Assembly (NCBI RefSeq): GCF_006345805.1
Contig: NC_043012.1
Span: 7,936,001 to 8,000,000 of the forward strand
Source of the DNA: Octopus sinensis
Taxonomy: Eukaryota
Length of the DNA: 64,000 nucleotides
Reading direction: 5' to 3'
Position numbers and translations under genes: made by a program. A model generated the notes under the pieces. That model was not told the DNA's origin. It did no database searches and worked only from the letters and a program-made list of their open reading frames with translations. The stretch's first letter is position 1, and each line of letters opens with the position of its first letter. Below are positions 53,791-64,000 of this stretch, one piece after another.

Positions 53791-54009
53791 GCTGTGCGAA
53801 TTATACTGGACTGACTTGGTGCCTCAACTCAAGTACCTAATTCAACTGAATCTGAATTATTTCTTAACTCGCCATACATGTATATGTACATACATACATA
53901 TATATATATATATATAAAATATTATTAGAGACAAAACCACTATTTTGCAAAACAAACAAGGAAAGACTTAATCAATACATAAAATTTTAATAAATAGTCA
54001 AAAAAACCG

Positions 54010-54052
54010 CCACTACAATTGTTTCTTGTCTTGATCGACAATCTTCAGGTGG
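54010..54052 (-). ncRNA. Type I minimal hammerhead ribozyme, intact core, sense to SIRT6 pre-mRNA
   Basis: The reverse complement reads CCAC CUGAAGA UUGUC gaucaa GACAA GAAAC aauu GUA GUGG. Confidence 0.8.
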
Positions 54053-54115
54053 ACTGCCAATAATTCAGTTTCAAATTATGAAGAATACATAATTTGAAAC
54101 TGAATTATTGGAAGT

Positions 54116-54158
54116 CCACCTGAAGATTGTCGATCAAGACAAGAAACAATTGTAGTGG
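54116..54158 (+). ncRNA. Type I minimal hammerhead ribozyme, intact core
   Basis: CCAC CTGAAGA TTGTC gatcaa GACAA GAAAC aatt GTA GTGG. Stem I 4 bp, stem II 5 bp, palindromic stem III ACAATTGT, GUA triplet (cut after 54154). Confidence 0.8.
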
Positions 54159-54244
54159 CGGTTTTTTTGACTATTTATTAAAATTTTATGTATTGATTAA
54201 GTCTTTCCTTGTTTGTTTTGCAAAATAGTGGTTTGTCTCTAATA

Positions 54245-54281
<37 letters not shown>

Positions 54282-54645
54282 AATAATATTAGGGTAATAA
54301 GAATTATAGAAATTATTATTATCAGTGGCCTAGCACAAAAGAAATAGTCAATAGACTATACATTATCCACATAAAAATATCGCTGCTATTTCTAGCAGGT
54401 CAAGTAATTAACTCGCCTGCAAATTACATGCTACATTCTTTATGGAAAGAAAGAAAGATACACTCAACACTGTATTCTTCAATTTACAGAAAGACAAGGT
54501 GATCATGGCGGGAATATCTTTGATTATAGGTCTGCTGAATGAGAACCTAGGACCTACGTTTGGTTAACTCCTGCCCACCCCTGTTGTAATCACACATGCA
54601 CACAAAAGATAACATAATCCAAGAGGGTACAGCAATGACATTTAC

Positions 54646-54731
54646 CTGCAAATTCCTCTCATTTTCATCTGTAAACAATAATCACCTGTATGTTTCAAAC
54701 CCATTGTTGGTACTGACGACTCACTGATGTA
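54646..54731 (-). CDS. SIRT6: SIRT6 coding exon 4
   Basis: ttttcag|TAC ATC AGT...ATT TGC AG|gtaaat; YISESSVPTMGLKHTGDYCLQMKMRGIC(R), containing the second pair of Zn-binding Cys. 86 nt. Confidence 0.93.
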
Positions 54732-54764
54732 CTGAAAAACAATAATAACAACAACAATAACAAT

Positions 54765-55930
54765 CCTTTCTAGTATAGGCGCAAAGCCAGAAATTTGGGG
54801 GAGGGGGATAGACGATTACATTGAACCCCAATACTCGACTGGTACTTAATTTATTGACCCTAAAAGGAAGAAAGGCAAAGTCGACCTTGGCAGAATTTGA
54901 ACTCAGAACATAGCAATGAGCAAAATACCGCTAAGCATTCTGTCCAGCGTACTAACGATTCTGCCAGCTCACTACCTTAACAACAACAACACCAACATCA
55001 CAAATAACAACAACAACAATCCTTTCTACTATAGGCACAAAGCCTGAATTTTGTGGGGAGTGGAGGACAGTTGATCACCTCGGCCCCAGTACTCAACTGG
55101 TACTTAATTTATCAACCCGGAAAGGATAAAAGGCAAAGTTGATCTCGGTGGAATTTGAATTCAGGTGGCACGTAAAAAGCACCATCCGAATCGTGGCCGA
55201 AGCCAGTGCCGCCTCGACTGGCTTCCATGCTGGTGGCACGTAAAATGCACCAATCTGACCATGGCCGACCCCAGCCTCGCCTGGCACCAGTGCAGGTGGC
55301 ACGTAAAAAGCACCCACTACACTCACGGAGTGGTTGGCGTTAGGAAGGGCATCCAGCTGTAGAAACATTGCCAGAAAAGACCGGAGCCTGGTGCAGCCTT
55401 CTAGCTTCCCAGATCCCCGGTCGAACCGTATAACCCATGCTAGCATGGAGAACGGACGTTAAATGATGATGAATGTAGCGGCAGATGAAATACTGCTAAG
55501 CATTTTGCCTGGCATGCTAACGATTCTGCCAGCTCGCTGCCTTGATAATAATAATGATTTCAAATTTTTCCACAAGGGCAGCAAGTTTGGGGGGGAGGGT
55601 ATGAGTCAGTTACATCGACCCCAGTGTTCAACTGGTACTTAATTTATCAACCCCGAAAGGATGAAAGGTAAAAAATCGACCGTGGCAGAATTTGAACCTC
55701 AGAACATAGTGGCAGACGAAATACTGCTAAGCATTTCGTCCAGTGTGCTAACGTTTCTGCCAGCTTGCTGCCTTAATAATAATAATAATAATAATAATAA
55801 CAACAATGAGCTCAAATTTTGCCACAAGGGCAGCCATTTTAGGGGAGGAGATGAGTTGATTACATCAACCCTAGTGTTCAACTGGTACTTATTTTATCGA
55901 CCCTGAACAGATGAAAGGCAAAGTTGACCT
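54765..55930 (-). mobile_element. Cluster of SINE family B copies with a nested family C copy (SIRT6 intron 3)
   Basis: Repeated ACTGGTACTTAATTTATC...GAAAGGATGAAAGGCAAAGT...GAATTTGAACTCAGAA blocks; a family C copy at 55163-55472 interrupts one of them. Confidence 0.8.
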
Positions 55931-56026
55931 CAAACAACAACAACAACAACAATAATAATAAGCATGGCTGCAGTCTAATGACTAAAACAACTAAAAGAAA
56001 TAAAAGAAACAAATAAAAGCTTTTAC

Positions 56027-56154
56027 CTGGATATAACATTTATCGCATTCCTCAACGAACATATTACCATGAAGCTCAGCAAGTCGATTGCGTGGAAACC
56101 CTGAACGTAAATGCAGACCATCAATATTCTGGCTGATCACAAAATGGACAAAGC
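56027..56154 (-). CDS. SIRT6: SIRT6 coding exon 3
   Basis: ttgcag|GC TTT GTC...ATC CAG|gtaaaa; [42 protein letters not shown] (QNIDGLH, catalytic His in ELHGN, CxxC). 128 nt. Confidence 0.97.
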
Positions 56155-56200
56155 CTGCAAAAAAAAGAAAGAAAGAAAATAGAAACAAAAATGTTTTACA

Positions 56201-56674
56201 GTTTTATATTTAAGAGATGAGGAATTATTTGTATTATTTACATTATTTACATTTGACAGATATTTGTCCTCATCTTGTTTATTGTTAACACAATGTTTTG
56301 GCTGATATACCCTCAAGCCTTCTTCAGGTGTCTTGGGGAAATTTCGAACCTGGGTTCTCATTCCTAAGGTATTTTTTGATGTTATTATTATTGTTCAGGT
56401 CACTGCTTGGAATCGAACTTAGAATCTTGGGGTTAGTAGCCTGCGCTCTTAACCACTAAGCCATATGCCTGCAGGCTACTAACCCCAAGATTCCGAGTTC
56501 GATTCCAAGCAGTGACCTGAACAATAATAATAACATCGAAAAATACCTTAGGAATGAGAACCCAAGTTCCAAATTTCCCCAAGACACCTGAAGAATGCTG
56601 GAGGGTATATCAGCCGAAACATTGTGTTAACAACAAACAAGATGAGGAAAAATATCTATTGAATGTAAATAATG
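56201..56674. mobile_element. Fold-back element: tRNA-like head plus hammerhead-like motif, with an inverted partial copy
   Basis: Arms 56241-56444 and 56471-56674. Minus-strand head GGCATATGGCTTAGTGGTTAAGAGCG...AGTTCGATTCC with A and B boxes. Hammerhead-like motifs at 56288-56331 (-) and 56584-56627 (+). Confidence 0.75.
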
Positions 56675-56821
56675 CAAAAATGTTTTACTTAAAACATAAA
56701 GTTTGTCTACTTTATAACTTTTACAATGGTTTTCTCTTTTAATTCTTAATAAACGATTATCATCATCAGCTTATTTTTAAGAATAAATTTATTAAAGGAA
56801 TGGAAAATTCTAAAGCCTTAC

Positions 56822-56929
56822 CAGCTTTCTCAAGAGCCACCAGGGCCATGTGTGTTAGAGTTGGTTTGGCACTTTCGAATGTTATATCAACTTTAGGTTC
56901 CTCTCCACGCATTTCCAGTGTCCAGACTC
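56822..56929 (-). CDS. SIRT6: SIRT6 coding exon 2
   Basis: aaacag|GA GTC TGG ACA...AAA GCT G|gtaagg; (G)[35 protein letters not shown](G). 108 nt, phase 1/1. Confidence 0.96.
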
Positions 56930-59900
56930 CTGTTTCAAGAGAACCAAGAAGTCATTAATTATTGTCATGTACAACATACAACTACCATGACTTACCTTTA
57001 TTCATCACTAACTTAAAAGCTGCATTCCATGTAGACTTTTAAGCTAGCTCCTGTGGGGGGCTAATTGGGCCTGTGGCCCCAAATTAAGGCAACTTAAATA
57101 GCATGACTATAATATGTCTATAATGACTATATGCGCCAGTGGTGTTTGATTAAGGTTAAGAGTGGATGAGAATTAATTCTGCAATGCAATCATTCTATTC
57201 TTCCAATCCCAAGTTGATTTCCAACTGTTGGCCAATTTGCCCCAGAAGTTCTGAGATCGAAGTAAAATTAATGAAGCGAACGTCATTTATCTCCCCCTTG
57301 ATTTCTGACATCATCTGAAAAACACCAACCAAGATGGTGTGAATCAGCCAAGCTTTACCTGCTAGAAATAGCAACCCAAATGCTTTTAAATCAGATCCCA
57401 ATGCTGGATGTTCAAGAACCAAAGGAAAGGCAGATTATCAATCCTGGGATTATCCTGATTCCAAAAAGGTATAATGTGATTATGTAGAGCGAATGTAGAC
57501 TGAGATGCAGGGTCCCAGACGGACAGACAGAATTTCACTTTTATTCTTATAGATTTAATGTCTACCTTCCATGCTGATATGGTTTGGACAGTTTGACAGG
57601 AAACAATGGGTCCCAGGACCACATCGTGCTCAAGTGCCAACTTTAGCATGGTTTTTATGGCTGGACGCCCTTCATAAAGCCAACTACTTTATAGCATGTA
57701 CTGAGTGATTTTTCTGTGGCACCAGCACCAGTGAGGTCACCATGCAGCCTGCAATATTAAGTAAGATTCCCTGTGACTGAGAGGGAGTTGCTCACTTAAC
57801 AGAAGAGAATGAGTAAGTGACTGGGATGGAGCTGGAAACAGATAGAAGTAATGGTGATGAGGCTTCAGGGTGGACGCTCAAGCTATGAAGTAGAGGTCAG
57901 AGGAGTAGAGCAGAAAATGTGGGTGTAAGGGAAAGTAGGTGATGGTTTAGGGAATGAATATAATGATGAACAGATGTAGGAGGGGTAGGTGACAGCTGTA
58001 GAAAATGGGTAGGTTTGAGGAGCAGATGTAGCGAACAGGTTGTTCTGTGAAAGTATTCCTGATAGAACTTTTTCACTTCTATCAGTTGGAATGGTAACTT
58101 TTTCTACAGCATCATAAATTTAAACCAAGAGTTTTGATTCTATCAGCAGCTTTAAATCGTTTATCTTTTCCTTGTTTCAGTCATGAGACGATGGCCATGC
58201 TGGGAGGCACCACCTTCAAGGATTCCAGTACTTTGTTTTTGAACCTGGTGCTATCGGACTCTTTTGCTTAACTGCTAAATTACAGGGATGTAAACACACC
58301 AACACCGGTTGTTAAGTGGTGGTGAGGGACAAACACAGACACAAAGGTACATACATATATACATACGATGGGCTTCTTTCAGTTTCTTATTTCTTTATTG
58401 CCCACAAGGGGCTAAACATAGAGGGAACAAACAAGGACAGACAAAGGGATTAAGTCAATTACATCGACCCAATCGAAAGGATGAAAGTCAACCTCAGTGG
58501 AATTTGAACTCAGAACGTAACAGCAGACGAAATACCGTTAAGCATTTCGCCCAGTGTGCTAACGTTTCTGCCAGCTTTGCGCCTTTCAGTTTCTGCCTAC
58601 CAAATCCATTTACAAAACTTTGGTCAGCCTGAGCCCAAAATAGAAGGTACTGTTCAGTGGATGTGAAACTGAAACCATATGGTAGGGAAGCAAACTTTTT
58701 ACCACACAGTCATGTCTGCACCTTAAATACACTTCATCACTGGACTCTCCATGAAAATGGAACATCACTGTACTGATTACACGGAACAAGTATAGAACGT
58801 AGGGTGATAGCTGGGATGTATAGTGTTGAGATGAACATATGAATACATGAAATGAAGTGTGAACCAAGAGATGTTGCAGTCATTTTGTTGCTAAACCTGT
58901 TTTATATATTATACAAGCAGGATTGATTAGAAACTTTACAGACTGCACTGGGTGCTTTTCGTGGCATTGGCAATAGTGAGATCACCAAGTAATTTATAAG
59001 ACAAGATTCTTCAACCGAAGTAGGTGTGGAATTAAGAGAGGCAGGTTTGTGCTAGGTGTTGAGAAGTTAAAGCATGATAGGAGGACAAGAGAAGGTGTCA
59101 TGCTACAGAAGAGAGATGCACGGCTACTCCAGCAGGAAAGGGAGGAATGAGATGGTGTTGACAGGGCATATCCTGAAGGTACCAGAAAGTGGAGGGTGGC
59201 GAGCTGGCAGAAACGTTAGCACGCCGGGTGAAATGCTTAGTGGTATTTTGTCTGCTGTTATGTTCTGAGTTCAAATTCCGCTGAGGTCGACTTTGCCTTT
59301 CATCCTTTCGGGGTCGATAAATTAAGTACCAGTTATGCACTGGGGTCGATGTAATCGACTTAATTCCTTTGTCTGTCCTTGTTTGTCCCCTCTATGTTTA
59401 GTCCCTTGTGGGCAATAAAGAAAAAAGGAAGTGGATACAAAGAGGATAGAAAAAGAGAGAGTTGGGTGGGTGGGTAAGTTTGTGAGAGTGTGAAAGGAGA
59501 GTGACAGACAAGAGAGGATGTGAGAAGTGAATGCAGTATAGATGGAGGTGCAGGCAATGGTGAACCTTAGTTTGGTGGACTGTAAGGAAAATAGGCGTTA
59601 AGTCAAGGAGGAGGAGGAGGAAGTGATGGGTGGTAATATATAAAAAAAGGGGGGAAGGTAGAAAGTAGCAGTGTAATAAAACCATAGAGGAAAAATAGGA
59701 AAATGAGGTGGTGAATTGTGGGGAGGAGAGAGAGAAGGATGCATAGTGACAGAGATCAGAAGTATATTGGAGTACATAAAAAAGGGGTGTAGCACACTAA
59801 TAGCAGACACAAGAGGGAGTTCAGGGGAAATACAGTGGGGAAGGATGATGATGCGAGTGCAGGAGGGATGGCAAGGTGAGAGGTTCCAAAAAATAGATGC

Positions 59901-60632
59901 CTTTCGGACATGAATGACCACAGGATTGCACCAAGAAAGTTACCCTCCAAGGCACAAGTCCGGGCAAGGTTGTTGATGGAAGACCAGCAGTCGCCCATGC
60001 ATACCAGCCTCCTCTCTCCATGCCACTGATGTTGTCCAAGGGAATGGCAAAGGATGATTCAACTTGGCACCAGTGATGTCACAACTCACTTCTGCAGCTG
60101 AGCAAACTGAAGCAACATGAAATAAAGAACACAACACACAGCCCAGTCTGGAGCTCTAACTCACAACCTCATGATTGTGAGCCCAACACTCTAACCACTG
60201 AGCCATGTGCTTTCACAGTTACAAATAGGGGAGTCATCATCATCATCATCATCATCGTTTAGCGTCTGCTTTCCATGATAGCATGGGTTGGACGGTTCAA
60301 CTGGGGTCTGTGAAGCCAGAAGGCTACACCAGGCCCAGTCTGATCTGGCAGTGTTTCTACGGCTGGATGCCCTTCCTAACGCCAACCACTCCGTGAGTGT
60401 AGTGGGTGCTTTTTACGTGCCACCGGCACAGGTGCCAGACGAGTCTGGCAAACGGCCACGATCGGATGGTGCTTTTTATGTGCCACTGGCACGGGGGCCA
60501 GGCGAGGCTGGCAAACGGCCACAATTGGATGGTGCTTTTTATGTGCCACCGTCACGGGGGCCAAGCAAGGCTGGCAACGGCCACGAAAGGATGGTGCTTT
60601 TTACGTGCCACCGGAGTGCAAAACATATTTAC

Positions 60633-60837
60633 CTTTAGGTCCCCTGAAGTCTGGAATGCCAGCAGATGTACTAATACCGGCACCAGTATGGAATACAACA
60701 TGCTTGCTTTCTCGTATCAACGTGGTAAGTTGTAAGATTTTCTCTTCCACTTCAGCATCGGTATCGAACTTTTCTGGAATTCCACATTTTCCTTTATTCG
60801 CATATTGGGACAGTCCAGCAGCATAATTGACCGACAT
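60633..60837 (-). CDS. SIRT6: SIRT6 coding exon 1
   Basis: [22 protein letters not shown]...[22 protein letters not shown], the SIRT6 N-terminus plus the GAGISTS/IPDFRG motif. Donor AAA G|gtaaat. A likely acceptor (ttgcag) at 60857-60858 lies 19 nt upstream of the ATG. Confidence 0.97.
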
Positions 60838-61893
60838 AGAGAGTTCCTAAGTATTCCTGCAACAGAAACAGTGAATATAAAGATTATGTAGGACAAAAAT
60901 GGTAAAAAAAAAAAAAAAAAAAAAGTAAATAATACTGAATTCCAACATCAACACAAAAAAAAAAAACAAAATTTGCTGGTTTCACATGAAAAGCACCCAG
61001 TACACCCTGTAAAGTGGTTGGCATTAGGAAAAGCATCCACCCATAAAAACCCTGTCAAAATAGAAAATTGGAGCCTGGTGTGGTCCTCGGCCTTACCAGC
61101 TCCTGTCAAACCATCCAAACCCATGCTGGATGTTAAATGATGAATTATGGTTAACTCTTTTTCCCCCCAAGTAATGTCAACTGGCCCTCATATTGCACTG
61201 CTTTTTGGATAGTTAACATAGCTCTCAGCTGGTGTACAGACTTCACATATTTAAGTTTATGTATCACAAGTAGTGAACATTAATATCATTTTATCACTGG
61301 TTTGCTACATTTCCAAAACACACACACACACACATATACATATATATATATTTTTTTTACTACCCACAAGGGGCTAAACATAGAGGGGACAAACAAGGAC
61401 AGACAAAGGGGTTAAGTCGATTACATCAACCCAGTGCGAAACTGGTACTTTATTTATCGATCCCGAGAGGATGAAAGGCAAAGTCGACCTCGGCAGAATT
61501 TGAACTCAGAACGTAACGATAGACGAAATACTGCTAAGCATTTAGCCCGGCGCGCTAACGTTTCTGCCAGCTCGCCGCCTCTATATACATATATATACAT
61601 ATATATAGTGTAGTGGTTACAGTGTTGGGGTTGCAACCATTGAGACTGTGGTTTCAATTACTGAACATGGTGACACATTGTATTCTTGAACAAGTCACTT
61701 CATCCCACATTGCTTCAGCATATCCAGCTGTCGCATCCTTCCAAGTTCAGCTGGATGAAGAGTGGAAAGACCAAAAAGGACTGTTTGCTCATGACTACAA
61801 AGGCATCAGAAAAGAAAAAAAAAATCAGCAAAAGCATGGTACATACAACTAGATCATACTTGCTTGACTGCAAGTAACAGTTACAGTTTTATG

Positions 61894-61935
<42 letters not shown>

Positions 61936-62799
61936 ATAATAATATATATATATATATATATGTATGTGTGTATGTGTATCATCATCATCGTTTAACGTCC
62001 GTTTTCCGCGCTAGCACGGGTTGGACGGTTCGACCGGGGTCTGGGAAGCCAGGGACTGCACCAGGCTCCAGTCTGATCTGGCAGTGTTTCTACAGCTGGA
62101 TGCCCTTCCTAACGCCAACCACTCCGCGAGTGTATAATAATAATAATAATAATATATATATATATATATAAACACACACATAAGCACATATGTGCAAAAC
62201 AAGGTGGAAAAAATAGTACTTGAATACCAAGGGCAGAGTAAAATACTATTTTATTAAAGCCAAATAAATCTTCAGAAACCGTTACTCAAGGTTTCACACA
62301 ATCATTCACTGGACAGTTGTGATAATACAGAGTCTGAATAATCACAACTGTCTGATGGCAGCCACATGAAACTCTGAGTAACAGTTTGTAAGGTCATTTT
62401 TCAGAGACTGGGACTCTGAGCCATATATACACTCCGACACAAATCAGGATCATGACATACAACCACACTGCATCACAATTATTTTTTCTTCAACAGTACT
62501 TGTTCTGTTGAACATTATCCCAAAACTAATCAAAGAAAAAATAAAGGTCCCACAAATTTCAAACGATATCTGGATAAATTTCTTGAAGGCATACTCGACA
62601 AGCCACATCTTAACAAGGCTCTGGGAGCACAAAACTTGACATAAAAATACGACATATAAACCCATGTAGTAGACCTACAAACATGCAATTTTTAGCAAAC
62701 TCTAGCAAGATGAATGACCAGGTGTACAAGGCTCCCTCTTTGATTCCCTAAATTAATATTATATGTGCTGCAAAGGTGTCACACTAATAATGCTGTCTG

Positions 62800-63900
62800 C
62801 ACGATTTGAATTGATGACTTCATCGAATAGAGCTTTGATGTTTATTTAAATTAGCCCCACAAATACAGACCTAAGTACGGTCTTTTGACCGACTTTCTCT
62901 CAACTAAATACTTTGTCTGAACAATAAACTGGTGGAGTCGTTAGAATGTTGGACAAAATGCATTGCGGTTATTTGTTTTATATAGTGCGATGTTCCAATG
63001 TAGCCAAAGTCAATTTTGTCTTTCGTTATTCCAGTGTTGATGAAATGAATTAGCTGGCGAACCGCGATAGATTGATGGAATTGTTAAAACATTGGACATT
63101 AAAACCTTGCAGAGGTCAAGGACGTTTTAATTATGAACATCTGAAGCAGCCTTTTATATATATATACACACACACACACACGATTAGTTCTAGAAGAAAA
63201 AATAGATTTGACAAAGTTATTGGCGACAGGATAAAGGTGCTTAATTAAAAGCTCAAGTGATGCGATTTGAGAATGAACTCGTAACATTTCGAACTGTAAG
63301 AATAAGACGAACCAATGTTTACTCCATAGCAATAATTGTTTCGATCCCAAAATACTACAACAACAATAAACAATGCGATGATTAAAAATGACAAAAGACA
63401 AAATAAAGAGATCATTCTCTTTGTTAGGATTTCCAAACAAACACTCACTCTTTCCAAAAAACCCCAAATTTGACAAGTTCTGTTGAACTAGATTGAAAGC
63501 AAAAAAAATAATTAAAAACTATTTTTTTCCCCTCCACCGACACTATCAGGGATTTTGGAAGAATTGCCATATTTTGTTATAAAACATTAACTCGACAAGA
63601 ATATAATAATTTAAAGGAAAAATAAAACGGAATAAGTAGAGAAATACATTTTAAGAGCAAACAAAAAACAGAAGATTGTTGAAAACGAAGAGCACCGAGT
63701 TTATAAAATAAAAAAACTCTACATAACTATTTAATATTTATATCAATTTATAATATTGCTGAGGGTTATTAGTTAATTAATTAATTACTTTAATTAAAAT
63801 ATTAAATCGTTTGTTTTGTTATTGTATAATTCTAAAATAATGTTAAGGTAAATTGATCGACGACAATTATATCGAGTTAATTAAAAACGTGTAGGTGGTT
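62800..63900 (-). promoter_or_regulatory. Candidate SIRT6 promoter / non-coding first exon region
   Basis: Repeat-poor and visibly richer in CpG than its surroundings. A strong minus-strand donor GA|GTGAGT lies at 63448-63443, and an acceptor before the ATG exon implies an upstream UTR exon. Confidence 0.3.
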
Positions 63901-64000
63901 AAGACAAAGTGAAGTGGATACAGGTACACACACGTATATGTTTATATATATACGCGTTGTATATATATATATATATATATATATATTTGCATACATCAAT

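Overview
Repeat-rich, AT-rich animal genomic DNA. The SINE families and microsatellite load point to an octopus or other cephalopod (inference). Two protein-coding genes converge. On the + strand are the last three coding exons of a MEK1/2-type kinase, MAP2K1/2 (15207-25636); its upstream exons are not found in the window. On the - strand is a complete six-coding-exon SIRT6 (60837-45458; 1218 nt spliced CDS, 405 aa, all GT-AG junctions in phase). The rest is SINEs of at least four families, LINE fragments (RTE, CR1, R4/Dong-like), a mariner relic, MITEs, a Helitron-like element, a histone H2B fragment, a 29-bp G-rich minisatellite and microsatellites. The most interesting signal is a set of minimal type-I hammerhead ribozyme motifs (CUGANGA / stem II / GAAAC / palindromic mini stem III / UH) from several unrelated sequence families between ~36.4 and 62.4 kb. 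Most sit inside fold-back inverted repeats in or near SIRT6. One near-perfect 336-bp palindrome carries two intact ribozyme cores head-to-head, and one element joins a tRNA-like Pol III head to a hammerhead. Almost all ORF-track entries other than the exons and TE fragments are spurious.
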